From positions 7,564,001-7,628,000 of the forward strand of contig NW_026262690.1 in NCBI RefSeq assembly GCF_021869535.1: a stretch of DNA of 64,000 bases, read 5' to 3'. This stretch comes from Mytilus californianus. Lineage: Eukaryota. The position numbers and the translations under genes were made by a program. Each line of letters begins with the position of its first letter. Position 1 is the first letter of the stretch. Positions 1 through 13,600 of this stretch are shown in pieces. The notes below the pieces were generated by a model. It was not told where the DNA came from. It did not search any database and saw only the letters and a list, made by a program, of their open reading frames with translations.

Positions 1-1314
1 TTCGTAGAGTTATTTTCGACATTCAATTTGATTTGTTCTCTCCGCGGTTTTCTTGTTTGAGAATTTACTCGCCTTGCGGAGCCATTCTCATGGTTCCTGT
101 ATTGACCGTTTTCATTGCCGCCTTGCTTTCGTAGCCTACATTCTCGCTTAAAATGTCCATATTTACCGCAGTTGTAACATTGCTGATTTCTTTTTTCGGA
201 TCAGCAGAGTTCCTTTGTCCACTCTTTTTGAATTTATTTAACTCCATTCGAAGTGATTCTAATTGCTTAGTAATCAAGTCCATCATTTCTGTAAATTTAT
301 CGTCCTTAGATACCTCTTGTGTACTAGTATCAACATGCGTAGCCCGCATTTGAGGTTTTACAAAATCTTGTCTTTTCTCTGCTTTGTAGAACGCCTTAAG
401 CTCTACAGCTAAAGAGATTGCTTGGTTTAAGTTTTGCGGTCTGGATTGTTTAATTTTTATCCTCATCTCACTATCGTGCAATGCATCTAAGAAATAATCC
501 TTTGATAATGTTTCTTTGACTTCAATGGGTGCTAGTTGGTATGCACTGTTTACTAATCGCCGTATAGTTTGTCCTAGTTCTGGCAAGGTTTCACATGCGC
601 GCTGGCGTCTCTCCTTCAACTGAACTCTGTATAGTTCGTTCTAATTTGGAGGAGCAAAACGCTCTTCTAATGATTTCACTCAGGTCTCATAATTCATTTT
701 CTTATCAGTTAGTAAATCGCTGAAGACGCTCTGTGCGTGCCCGCGAAGGGCAGCGGCAAGGTAAAGCCCCTTTTCATATTCGTCCCAATTATTGATGATA
801 GCACATGCATCAAAGTGCGATTTAAAATCAACCCATTCGCCAGACCCATCATAATTGGCAAGTTTGATTTCACTCCTTGTATTTTTTCCTGGCGTGTGTA
901 CTTTTTCCTGGTTATTGACAACATGTCTTGAATTTCTTTTGTTACATCTTAAGATAGGAGAAATCTCCACTGAACCTCCGCTACTGGTACAGGGTGCGGC
1001 GCTAGTTGTGTTGTATTGCACTTGCTTAGAACGGATTCCCGGGTGTTGCTCACTTATGTAAGTTCCAAACAATGTTGGAGCATCATCAGCTCGTTGAAGC
1101 TGTGTTTGGACTGTGCGCTCTGTGACATCGCCAAAATCCGAGCGCCTCGTCTAAACAATACCAGAATCCGTCAGGTTTCTAGGTTTCTAGGTTGCTCTTT
1201 TGGGGTAGAGTGATATGGTGTCAAAAGCCAAGGGTTTTGAGTTTGTCTCAACTTCTCCCTACTTTGCTTAACCTCTTCCTCTAGCGTACTTATATGCTGT
1301 TGTTAATCATCCAT
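1..1314 (-). pseudogene. Ty3/Gypsy gag, degenerate (element G1, runs off the window start)
   Basis: ORFs 680..1072 and 65..619 are in one frame, separated by two in-frame stops (NYET*VKSLEERFAPPN*NELYRVQLKERRQ). Gag motifs YDGSGEWVDFKSHF and GLYLAAALRG. A CCHC knuckle CYNCGKYGHFKREC lies in a shifted frame near 147-188. Clearly homologous to the gag in ORF 30102..32423. Confidence 0.9.
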
Positions 1315-1344
1315 ATTTATTCAATTATCGGTACACTTACCAAT

Positions 1345-1362
1345 ATCCCACCACTGCCACCA
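1345..1362 (-). promoter_or_regulatory. Primer-binding site of G1, complementary to the 3' end of tRNA-Leu
   Basis: Minus strand TGGTGGCAGTGGTGGGAT, 6 nt after the LTR end (..GTGACA). The plus strand reads ATCCCACCACTGCCACCA, the 3' end of a tRNA-Leu plus CCA. Confidence 0.85.
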
Positions 1363-1368
1363 AAATTA

Positions 1369-2240
1369 TGTCACGTACTCGGTGTAGTGACTTATGGGTA
1401 TTGGATATTGGAATATGCACCGTTTCTTATATATCTATCTTAGACTTGTTAATTTGGCCTCTGTCATCCACTAGCCATGTGTGGGACGTGTTGTTGTCTT
1501 TGCACAGTCCTTATGTGTCCAGCAACAACCAGTGCTAACCTGTGCACTATTACAACTTGTATTCTACCTATGTACTACTATCCAATGCACTGCTATTCTG
1601 TGCACTTTCTGGTCTGTTCCGCTTGTGCACTGCTTAACCAGTGCACTCTCTGGTTTATGCTTTACTTGTGCACTTGTTTACCTGTGCACTACAACCGCAC
1701 AGTCGCCTATGCACCTATTACCCGGTGCGTATGTTTTACTTATAATATCCTCCTGCAACCTTATTCAGGTACGCAGATAAGATTCTTATTCAGAATCTAT
1801 TTAATCTTTTATAAATGAAATAATTACCTTCTTGCTTCTTCTAGACGTCTTGACTATTAGTTAAGCAATCCTTATTCTGACAGCGCATCAGGTTTTATAC
1901 TAGGTTTTAGACCATACCATTTACATTGGACGATACCAAATATCTTATTCCTATGAGTGTTTATAGAATACCTAACCATTATTGCTAAAACGTTTGAATG
2001 ACGGCCCTTATTTTTACAATTACCGATCGGAATATTTCCGGGTTTGCTAACCACAACCTGTCCGTTTCTGATTCTAACTATTATAAATTTCCATAGCAAT
2101 GCATAAACAAAACAAAACCGAAAGTAGACAAACGTTCAATTTTCAAACTAAACGAGTTCGTGTAACAATGTTTTAACTTGATAAAAGTAATAATCAGTTG
2201 AACCCTTGTAAAATAAAACAGGTGAACTATTTTCATCACA
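1369..2240 (-). mobile_element. 5' LTR of Gypsy G1 (872 bp)
   Basis: TG..CA termini, followed by the PBS and gag. Similar along its whole length to 58838..59709. The outer flank begins TGAG (2241-2244). Confidence 0.9.
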
Positions 2241-2640
2241 TGAGTGCCAATGAGACAACTCTCCATCCAAGTCAAAATTTATAAACCATTATAGGTCAAA
2301 GTACTGTCTTCAACACGGAGCCTTGGCTCACAACGAACAGCAAGCTATAAAGGGCCCCAAAAATTACTAGTGTAAAACCATTCAAACGGGAAAACCAACG
2401 GTCTAATCTATATAAAAAACGAGAAACGAGAAACACTTATGAACCACATCAACAAACGACAACTACTGAACATCAGATTCCTGACTTAGGACAGGTGCAA
2501 ACAATTGCAGCGGGTTTAAACGTTTTAATGGTACTAAACCTTCACCTTTATCTGAAACAATAGTGTAACATTACAACATAGAAAAACACACTATAAAATA
2601 TCAATTGAAATAGCTTAACTCAATCAAAAGACATATTAAC
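2241..2640 (+). repeat. Interspersed non-coding repeat; right half of the element into which G1 inserted
   Basis: Begins TGAGTGCCAATGAGACAACTCTCC. Uninterrupted reverse-complement versions of the motif ATGTGGTATGA(T/G)TGCCAA occur near 2995-3012 and 3205-3222. The right boundary is approximate. Confidence 0.55.
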
Positions 2641-4577
2641 ACCAGTGAATATACACTGAACAAATAATTTGATCTATGATACAATGCAAATACAAAATAA
2701 ATAAACTAAGGGAAGAATAATTAAAGTAACATGTTTTACCGCTGTAAAATGTTAAACAATTTAAGAAAAACAATATACTTGAACAAAAATATCAGCCATC
2801 TGCAATTACTTTAAACACAGGTTAATAAAAATAATTTTGTTGTGTATACATCAGGCCGTTGGTTTTCTCGTTTGAATTGTTTACAATTTGTTATTTCAAA
2901 ACCTCTGTATTCATAGCTGTCCGGTATAGGTTTAGAACATTTTTGAAGGTTATAAGGTGACATGTATTTGCTACGACATTTGGTATCTGCCTAGTTGGCA
3001 ATCATACCACATCCTTTTTTTTTTTTATATAAAGCAGTTTACAATAAAAATATAACTACTTCAATCTAAAACCAACAGGATTTCTTTTGATATAACAATG
3101 ACAAAAAAGAAAGAGAGAAAAAAATTAGTACTGAAGTATCCACTCTATTTTTTTGTACATGTTTAGTATAACATCCACTTCATTTGGAACTCTGAGTTGT
3201 CTTATTGGCAATCATACCACATTTCCTTATTTTTATATTAATTATATGTATATAATCTTTTATCAGATTCATATATCATTAATATATATTATTATCATTA
3301 TCATGATTAGGGAGGGAATACCTTATGAATCCAGGAAGTATTTCACAACGGGCTTCATTCGAGGTCATTGATTTATGATCCCCAAACTTTTTGGGGATGA
3401 GTCGGATGTTGTTGGCTGGTACTGTCCAATATTTGTGGTAAGTCTCTTTATTCTTTTTTATGTATTATTTATAGATTCCTAATTAGAAACCAATCCCACT
3501 TGATTTCTTACTAAATACCTTGCTTCTAGGCGGTGTCATCCGAGACACTATCCCTCTGATCATTGGCATTGTCACAATACATCCTGTACTGGATATAGCA
3601 GCTGAAATGAAATTATTTCATTCAGTACAAGCTAATAGAGAGATACAGAAAATGAAATAAAACTATGTATAAAAAATAATATATCGACAGATACATCAAA
3701 TGACCATGTTTTTATTTTTATTTTAAAAAGATATTAACACAATAGATAGTCACAATTATATAATCTAAATTATGATTCTGAGCCATTTTCTTCCTTATTT
3801 AATCATATATAACAGAGAGAACGTTTTAAAGTGCTGATTTGAAAGTTAAGCACGCGTTTGATTTACATTTTTAGTTTGCCCTAAAACAAATCCTGATCTG
3901 AATAATCTGAAACCAATTATTTATGTACTTAGTAGTATTTCAACGTACCTATATACATCATTAGATTTGTCTTAGCCAGTCCTTGTATAATTAATGCTGC
4001 TGTGGTGGTTATACATCCAACAAGAGATATAACCTCATCTATAGTACAGGCCTGTAATATTATTATCAAAATTACTCCTCCAATGTTCCAGAAAATAATT
4101 CTTATCCCATCTTAATCTCATGGTGTATTGTCCAACTGTAATAGAGTTCCAACAGAAAGGAGCGCTGATAAAATACAAACTATCCACACTCGACCTGCTT
4201 AAAATAGTCAGTGCCGACATTGAGAATGTAATTATGAGAACAACGAACACCCATCGCTTTCCGAATGGAGAGAAATTACTTCTATAACAGTCGAATACTC
4301 TCTGCATGTTTTGGAGAATTGAAACATTTGATCGTCTTCGTGATATTGGCATTGTTTCTTGTACCATGGTTAGTACACATAGAAATGGGATAATTGCTAT
4401 AATGACTGCTATAAACTGGGGATAATGATACCCATTAGTCCATGTGATCAAATATCCTGACAAAAGAGAGGCTCCAATAGCCCCCAATCCAACTCCACCG
4501 TCAAGAAGACTTATAATGAGAGAACGACCTTTTCCAGGTGTCGTTGTGTCAGCAACGAAGCAAAATGACATTGAAAG

Positions 4578-7500
4578 AGGGACGATAGATACCAGAGGGA
4601 CAGTCAAACTCATAGATCGAAAACAAACTGACAACGCCATGGCCAAAAATAAAAAGACAAACAGACAAATAATAGTACAGATGACACAACATAGAAAACT
4701 AAAGACTAAGCAAAACGAACCCCACCAAAAACTGGGGGTGATCTCAGGTGCTCCGGAAGGGTAAACAGATCCTGCTCCACATGTGACTCCCGTCGTGTTG
4801 ATTATGTTATTACAAATCCGGTAAATAGTCTAATTTGGTAAGTCACATTCGTGAAAAGGGAAGGGTATTGTAGTTATGACATAAGGAACATATCCGATAT
4901 CATCTGTGAAACGGTTATTCCATAACGGTCAACCAACTCGTGATGGCGTCCGTAAAATTTACGAAGGGATGATTTCAACTTCACCATTTGGAACTCTTGG
5001 CTTACTAGCTTCCTTGTGAGCAGCAATCCTCTATCAAGGAAATCATGATAGGAAACACAAGCCCGGGAATATCGTATCAATTGGGAGATATATATTCCGT
5101 ATGCAGGCGCTGCTGGAATGTTGCTACATAGAAATGGAAAGTTCACAATTGGGAAGCTGAAATCATCTCTTTTGTCGTAAAGTTTTGTTTTCAACCGACC
5201 CTCATTTTCAATTTTTAGATGTAAGTCAAGATATGGGGCAGACTTAACTGTATCTGTAGTATCCTTTATCTCTAGTTCGATGGGATAGATTCGTTCAACA
5301 TAGTCACCAAATTTTGCATTATTTAGTGAGAAAACATCATCTATATAGCGGAACGTAGAGTTAAATGATATTGCTTACTTCTTATCTTTCTTCCTAAGAA
5401 GTTCCTGTATGAAGTCAGCCTCATAATAATAAAGAAACAAGTCGGCAAGAAGAGGGGCACAATTGGTTCCCATCGGAATTCCGACAGTCTGTTGAAAAAC
5501 ACGTCCTCCAAACGTAACAAATATGTTGTCAATCAAGAAATCAAGCATCTTGATAATGTCAGTTTCAGAGAATTTTTTGTTTGAATCAGAGTGATTCTTT
5601 ACAAAGTAGGATTTATCCCTCCACAAGACAAGATACTTGTATCTACGTTCGCCATTCTTTTTAATGAAACAAAGTAATACCAACTCTTTCAATTTGTCTT
5701 TTAGTTTGGAATGGGGAATACTTGTGTAAAGGTGTAATACCACCATTGATTTTCCCCTATTAGTCTTTGTTAAATTTGCACCTTCAAAAAATTGTGCAGA
5801 ATTTATCTTTGTTTCAAATAAAGAAATATGGCATGAGTAAAGTTTTATCCAGTCCAGTACTATAGAAAAAATTTCACATAACATTTCATTGCATATAAGA
5901 AAATAACCATCACTGGAAGTAAACCAATCAAATTTTCCCCCTTTTTTAACCTGTGTACAAGCTTTAGTAACCATGTAACCTCAAGTTTCCAAAATATTCT
6001 ATAGAAACCCCAAATAAAAAAATAATGGTGCTTTGAAATACCCAAGATATATGTTTATGACCCAGAAATGTTTTACTGCAATTAAGTGTAGGATCAATTA
6101 CCTACAACTGTCAAATTCAAGGGAATATTTTTTTTCGACCTATTTTCGTATGCAACCGGATGTGACGTACTATGATTTGGTGGTATTACACCTAAAGTGT
6201 TGAAAAGTCAAATGTTTTAATACTATTGCAAGATGAGAGAGTCTTAGATTGTATGTACTCTAAAAGATCTTTGGAATTTTTTAGTATCCACATCTGATTC
6301 ACGCCACCTCTAGAATAGGCAGTTTCACAATAACTTTGGAGCCCGGCTTTGATTGCTGTTAAAATAGATGTTAATAATTTAGAAAGAGGTTTCGTGGAGC
6401 ACTTGGAAGACTCAGCAATATACCGTTGTTTGTAAGGACACTTATGTAGTTTAGGTATCCAATCCAGTTTATGTAATGATATTTACACACAAAAACGATG
6501 TTGTTTGGGGCTTTATCTGCGGGGACAACAACATATTTGTCATGGAGGTAGGACAAATGTTTTGCAACATTTGGGTCTTTAAAAATTGATGTAGCGTGGG
6601 TATTGATATGCCCATTTAGTTTCTTAATTCGGATTTGTATCAACGACCTCACAGCCTTAATCCATTCGGAAAGAGTATCTACGTCTTCTTTCTCGCGTTT
6701 AGCCCATTGCCTGGCATAATCCTCGAATGAATCCATCAGTATTTTGAAGTTGTATTTCCAATTGATTGATTTAGACTCACGATATTTCGGACCTTTGGTT
6801 AACAAATTTCGCAGGGAAGTGTTATTGACAATGTTGAGGTCTCCGGTAATAACGCGGCCAGCCGGATTATATGTGAATTGGGAACTAGCACAGGTGCAAT
6901 CAGGAGGTTTAGACTTGAAGTCGTCAATGTTGAGATCCTGCAAAACGTGTTTGTAATTGAAAATTTTAGTTGCAATTGGTTTGATATAGGTATAAGAAAT
7001 TATTGGTACAGACTGATCTTTAAAATAAGGAGGTATTTTCGACTGAACTAATTTATGATGAAGGATATTGCCTAAGTTGACGCCATCGAGACCTTTGATG
7101 GCAAAGGAAAGTTTAAGAAAAGATCTTTTCTCTTTTTCATCTTTTCCAATGCGAACTGGTTTGAAAAGTCTGTGACTTGCAATATCCGAAATGATAGCTG
7201 TAAGTTTGTATTGGTTTGAATGAGGGTTTGTAACAGTGGTTTCCAAACATAAATTGAACAGAGAATGAAGTTTTGAAAGTTTCGTGCGAATGTGATGAAT
7301 ACCTAACGGCTTTTGTATAAATGGCAGCAAGTCATTTATAGAGACATCATGCAAAGTAGGTGATGTATAATGACGATGACCATGACTGCGTCTACGTCGA
7401 GGAGTAGAGTTGAAAATATTCATCACATTCACCGGGCTACAGGAAGGACTAGATAGAATACCTATACCATCAATTTTGTCATTGCAACCATATGGTGTCG

Positions 7501-7627
7501 CAGTTCCCAATTGTCGAATCCAGTAGTCTTCTTTTTGTCTACGGAGAGGCGTTGCAAGTTGAAGATTGCTAGTCTTGTGGTATATTTTTTCAATTATACG
7601 AACTGTCATAGAAACGATGGAATGATC
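4578..7627 (-). mobile_element. Penelope-like retroelement of the Naiad type (N-terminal GIY-YIG, CxC linker, RT), 5'-truncated and degenerate, inserted in exon 1 of copy A
   Basis: GIY-YIG tail RRQKEDYWIRQLGTATPYGCND; CxC (KPPDCTCAS); ADKAPNNIVFVCK; motif A TFDFSTLYT; GIPMGTNCAPLLADLFL; RYIDDVFSL; thumb TKLYDKRDDFSFPIVNFPF. AAAG is duplicated at 4574-4577 and 7628-7631. Removing the insert restores host codons A-A-T-L-S-M. Confidence 0.85.
5731..6192. mobile_element. Non-autonomous DNA transposon (Kolobok-like MITE) nested in the Naiad RT
   Basis: TIR GGTGTAATACCACCA / TGGTGGTATTACACC with TAAA duplicated on both sides. Excision restores the RT codons S-T-L-Y-T-S. GG..CC termini with a 4-bp AT-rich TSD are Kolobok-like. 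Confidence 0.8.
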
Positions 7628-9879
7628 AAAGTGTAGCAGCCCATGTACCAGTGCACGCTTCAATCATATAAAAGATAAACATCTGTCTCACATTCATTTT
7701 ATAATACATTCATACCGCACACAAAATATTCTTTATTATCGTCCCAGCTAAAGGTACAATAAAGAATAGTTTTCTACCATGAACATCACTATATGCAGCA
7801 AGATTTATATTTATCAACACACTAGGAATAATGAACGCAAGATATGTATATATGGACCATTTGGTTGAAATTTTTTGTTTACTGGATTCTATGAAGTATG
7901 CAATTGAGGATTTATTTACATTACACGATGAAAGACTTCCGCTCAGTGAATGTGGGACGCCGGGATACTTCTCTTCCAAGAAATAAACATAAGTATATTG
8001 TCCAACCACATATAAACTTAAAATGTACGACAGCATATGTAGGAATGGTATGCTAATTATAATGGAAATGGTCAGCCATCTGGGATATCTAAGTTTATAA
8101 TAATATCTTCACAGTTTTCTTTATTTACCAATAATGGTGTCTCCTCGGATCGATCATAGGCTACCTTGGGTGTCATACGAGTCCTGATAAAAAAAATCAA
8201 TAAATAAATAAACAAATAGTTCATTAAAAAAATTATCTTTATTTGAATGAAATTGAAATTCATCGATTAGTCTCTGAAGTGCATAATGGTCCAGCTATTT
8301 GTGAAAAGGCTGTCAGACTTCAGAGCAATCAACGGACCCAGCAAGTCATAAAAAGGCCATCACATGTCAGAGCAAACTCACGACTATTTATCATTTTGAG
8401 TAAAAAAGATAGACAAGTTAGTTGAAATGTAACCAAATCTAAAATCTTTTTGTTTTCAATATGAGTAAAAGGAGAGTATGCTTCATATACGTAAATGAGA
8501 CGGCAACAAATCATCCCTCATCATCTAAATACGAATTAAATAGTAATTATCAGAGATCTGCCATTAATAGTATTAAAGTTCTCCAAATAAAAAGACTCCA
8601 ACAAACCCATTACGCAATGACATGATAAAAGCCAACCCGACGAAGTTTCTGACTTGGAACACAGTGACAGTGCGGGACAGACACATGTGGTGGATTAAAC
8701 TAGGATTTTTGCGTATCTTTAGGTATAGAACCACTAATTCGGACCCGGTCTGAAAGAACTTACTAGAAAGTAGGATTAAAGTATTAAATATAAAATTTAA
8801 ACAAATTTTAGATACTTCCTACGAATTGCTGTAACTTTGTCAACAAGTAAGATATTTGGGTAATTTTAGTATGAAATGAATTCAAAGCTTAAGGACTTGA
8901 AATCAATGTAGAACCATTGTTGAAAGTGTTTTTTTTTATTAATAAACATTAAAATAGGAGGGCATATTTGCCCTGTTGTTCAGATAAGAGGTACCTGTTT
9001 TTGTGCCACCAAACTTCTGGGAACCAGTGCGCTCTAATATGTAATTGAAATAGCAGACTTTAACATAGCAATGGGGCTTTGAATTAGTGGTTTTATTCCT
9101 ATAATCCTCAATAAGTGGCCATACTCCAGAACAAACATGAACGAATAATATTGAAACCGGTATCGCTAATTTCATAAGGTTATGTCTACCATTCAAACGA
9201 GAAAGGTTTTTAAACTCAAATATACTAGTACGATTTATAACAATATAATTTAAAAAGATTAAATATGCAATAACCGACTCCTCCGTAAAACCCACCAAAA
9301 AACAACAACAACACACAAACACACACTCACATTCACAGTCTGTACGATAAACTTTTGAATCCACAGCCACATTTAATATAAATATGATAATTGCATAATT
9401 TATAAGCCTTTTTTCATTTGTTTGTTTATGTTTGTTTTTAAGCCATTGGCCCATATGGGCGTAACGTGCTTTTCATTAAAGTATTAAATATAATAAAGTG
9501 AAATAGATCTAAAATATCATTATCTTAAACAAAGAGATGACTGAAAAGTAATTTGAATTGGTGTCAGCTTTAATACTGAAAACTGAAAATTTAATTCAGA
9601 TTATCGCATAAAGATAAACGTTCATGGTATATAAAGGTTTAGACTCTTTCTGGCCTTTTATTATTTAGAAATGAGTGATATGTTTTGTTATTTTTTATGC
9701 ACTTGTCTCGAGTAAAAGTTGACTGCGTTTTTATTTTAAATACATAAATATATATAAAAATTAAAAATACACATTTAATACTTCATTTATTAGTTCGAAG
9801 CTCATCTTAATATACTAATTTTCCATCACAGTTACTACAGACAGTATACATTTGCCAGCCCAGTACCATGACTTCAGTT

Positions 9880-10266
9880 ACTACAAACTATATTTACCGT
9901 TACGATAACACAGGTTAAACTTGACGGTCTAATTAATGCAAGCAAAATTAACCGATATAATAACTGTAACTTCAGACTATAATTACCATTATAGTAACTG
10001 CGGACTCTATTTACGTTACAGTTACTGCAGACTATATTTACCGTTACAGTAACTACAAACTTTATTTAACGTTACAGTGACTGCAGACATATACCGTTAC
10101 AGTAACTGCAGACTATATTTACCGTTACAGTAACTGCAGACTTTATTTACCGTTACAGTAACTGCAGACTATATTTACCGTTACAGTAACTGCAAACTTT
10201 GTTTACCGTTACAGTAACTTCAGACTATATTTACCGTAGCAGTTACTGCAGACTATATTTACCGTT
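9880..10266. repeat. ~27-bp tandem minisatellite
   Basis: Repeated unit TTACCGTTACAGTAACTGCAGACTATAT, at least 8 recognisable copies, no spacers. Confidence 0.9.
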
Positions 10267-10509
10267 ATTATATACTTACTGTTAAATGCAGGTATATTGT
10301 ATGTGTAATACAATCAATGCCAATCGTGCTGTATCAACCATCCGTGATGATATCGATATCAGTCACGGTTACAAAAGCTTTATCAAACCCCTAATCTGTA
10401 TGACGTCACGTCATCAATATCAGTTACGGTTGTAAAGGCTTTATCAAACCCCTAATCTGTATTGCTTGAGAAAAAAAAACATGTACTAGAGGTATATAAT
10501 AAAGTGTAT

Positions 10510-10639
10510 ATGATATGGTTTTTTTCAATATCTCTTCCCGTATCAACCCTCAACCAATATAATCCCTCGAGCAGAGCTCTTGGGATTATAGTGGTGTCTT
10601 GGGTTGATACGGGTGTGATATTGAAAAAAACCATATCAT
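10510..10639. repeat. Long imperfect palindrome (hairpin)
   Basis: ATGATATGGTTTTTTTCAATATC..CCCGTATCAACCC..TATAATCCC pairs with GGGATTATA..GGGTTGATACGGG..GATATTGAAAAAAACCATATCAT around the loop TCGAGCAGAGCTCTT. Confidence 0.85.
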
Positions 10640-13600
10640 TTCCGCTTTAATTGTCACTGACATAAGATCACGTATAAACACAAGTATCCCTTATCTATCA
10701 TATGATCGATTTGAGTTATCGTTCATGGTTTTGATTATAACAATTATTTTTCAGTATACTTTGCAGATGAACGCTCCAATATTCTATATTTTACACGCTT
10801 ATTTTTTTTCTTTCGTGATCCGATGTACTTTCTTTATCTATCTATTTATTTATATTTTTTGGGTGGAAATATTTATTAGATAGATGATTTTCTGACAATT
10901 TCAGGAATGTCAAAATCAGCGTTTGTCAGAATATCGCATCCATATAATTTCTAAAAAAAGTATTTTCTATTTATCATAAAACGTATAGAAAAAACTCCCT
11001 ATATAGGCTGTATTTTAAAAGGTGTGCTCGATTAAGGATTGTTCTGTGTAGTTTTGTTTATCAGGAATGCTATACGAGTCCTCATACAAAAGACATTTCC
11101 AGGCAAACTATTTTATATCCCTTGAAGTACATTCACTTATAGTATTTAATCTTTTCTATTGATAAACAATTTATATGGGGTCACCGAATTCGTTTTACTG
11201 CATAAATCATTGAAGTGAATGTGTTAGGTAAGAAACATAGATTATAAGATTTCGATAAGAAAAAGTGTTTTGATCAGGACCCGTCTGTAACTGAATACTA
11301 AGAAATAAACTATTCACCAGCAGTTTCATTAAAATGTATGGATTACTTGCGCAAACATATTATTATTTCATGATAAAATTCCACAAATCTGAATTTTTTA
11401 ACAGACAAGACCTTTGTGCCAGTGTGTGACCAAGAGTATGGTCGCCTAAACTATCCCCCTTTGTGGAATGAGTGGTTCGTTTAGCGTTGCTGGATGTAAC
11501 AGTATGTAGTCTATACAAGACCCTATTCAACAGTATAACCCATGCTTAAAAAAGGTGGTCCGTTTGTTTGTCTTAGATGTATAAATACGCAGCCACGCTC
11601 AGTCTGAATAGAGACGTTAAATCATATATAGGGAAAGAGCAATCATTAGCTGTACACGTTACAGAACAAATAAAACAGGGATCCATAGGGGGACTGTTAC
11701 AAGACTAAATGTCTACCCCTTTTTAACATGCTCTCATTTACTAGTTGCGTTGAAATTCATAATGTTATCCTAGTCTATATATTATTGAACTGTTTTTTTT
11801 TTATTTGTCCTGAATATGCATGCATTTGTAATCACTTGATGTCATACAAGCAATCAATCAATCAATCAAACCTGTTTGAAATTCTTTTTGTTTTTTTGCA
11901 CTTTTAAACTCTGAAAACTATATTGCGATTCTGATTTGCTATTAACCGTCAACTCCCTATTGACATTTCGGTTTTTTAACCAAGTTGAGGCTTTAACTGC
12001 CAAGATTCAAATTGTTTGCCTCATTAGAAATAAAATTCAAGTTAGCTACTGTCGATGCGAGCACGCTAATACAAGATCGTATATATCGTATTAGGTCACT
12101 AGCACACTATGTAACGAATTTATCTTACCGACTATCTGTATTTGTTGAATTTAGACTAGAGTTGTCTCATTTGCAATCATACCACGTCTTCTTATGTTTA
12201 TATGAAAGTGTTCAAGTGTTCAATTTTAAGAACCTACTTCCATTGGTCTGCACAAAAAAAAAATCATGTCAACAATAACAATTTAATATCAACAACCTTG
12301 ATATAACAATATTAAACATCACTTTCAATACATTCAAATAAGCAAATAGTGCCAAAGTCATAACTCAACTACTAACCGTGTATTGAAATAAGCCCCGCCT
12401 CCCTACTAACCTAATATGGAATATACACGGTCTCCACGCGGACGCTTTTAACCAATCATATTCGTAGAAATGTATAGGAGGTAAGATAAATATGTATATT
12501 CAAAACATTTGAAACGAGAATACGTAGCCTTAACACATCGTGTTCCCTCATATTATCACATTTCCATGTTCAGTGAACAACTAAATCCGGGTCAAACTCT
12601 AATTTGGTATTTAATTTTAAAGGTTTTATATTTGGAATAGGACGGACGCACAGACCAGAAAATATAATATTTCCTTGGTATCATAAGTTGGTCACAAAGC
12701 GAAAAGGATCATCCTTCTTAACAATACCGCAATCAAATATTCCATGCATGTCCGTTTTTCCTACGTATTTGCATAAGTTAAACTCATGAACATTTTACAA
12801 AAGTAATTTGTGAGTAATAACGTTAAACGCATACATTTGTACAGACTCTTCCAAGAACACATGTATCATTATAATAAGGACAAGAATTAAAAAAATAACT
12901 GATTAAATTTAGGAAAGTGTATTCTTGTTTTTTCTTGAAGATGCAATCCTAATTAAATCCATTTGAAAATATGTACTAGGTGCATGAGTAACCTCAATTT
13001 CTACCTCTGAAAAAAGTATCTTTAGTATAATTAGAGAAGTAAGCTTAAAAAAGTAAGTCGTGTACACCTTTTACATTCCGGTGTGTTTGAAACTCCTGAT
13101 TAAACCGTATAACTTATAAATCAAAATAAGAATATCATCTCGCTTCAGATTTCATTATTTTTATTTTTTCAAGCTCAATTTTGATTTAGTCGTTTTAAAA
13201 TTCACCCTTTGAGAAATAAATATATAGGTCAAGTGAAATGACGAAGGAATGATCGGTGCATTTGATTACCGGTAACTGGATTAATTATTCCCTCAAAAGT
13301 TGTTGTCAATAAAATTATCCCGAATTAAATAACAAAATATATAAAGAATTAAAATTGCAGATTGGAGTAATTTTTTAATTGCATCTTTTCCAACAAAGTA
13401 TGTGTTTTCAACGAGCCGAATATCCATGCAGTCTATGCTCCCTTCCGTCATGCTTCAATGCAATAGGCAGAGATACGTTCAGATAGGTTGGTTATGTCGA
13501 GTAATGTCATTTTATTGGAAATCTCTAATAAGACGCACGCCACCTATTTTGCCCCCATTGTTTGCTATTTTAAATTTACCAATTATAAACATTTGTGTGT

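Larger units (their letters stand above)
3519..8176 (-). pseudogene. SLC46A-like: SLC46-family MFS transporter copy A (pseudogene). Exon 1 is split into 8176-7628 and 4577-3949; exon 2 is 3601-3519.
   Basis: MTPKVAYDRSEETPLL..RYPRW..YSDVHGRK..IEACTG..FVADTTTPGKGRS..SAPFCW is colinear with copies B and C, and splice sites are at equivalent positions. Lesions: -1 at ~8095, in-frame TGA at ~7710, 3-kb retroelement insertion, 13-nt insertion near 4110-4125, and an 83-bp instead of 84-bp exon 2. Confidence 0.9.

Noticed and set aside
1540-1700. Cluster of GTGCACT motifs in the G1 LTR as metal-response elements
   Set aside because: Most copies do not fit the TGCRCNC core on either strand.
1477-1818. 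Cys-rich ORFs here and at 58964-59274, and ORFs within the G2 LTRs
   Set aside because: They lie inside LTRs and arise from repeated GTGCACT-type motifs; length and frame are not conserved between LTR copies of G1.
9880-10266. Regular short repeats as a CRISPR array
   Set aside because: Head-to-tail units without unique spacers, eukaryotic context, no cas genes.
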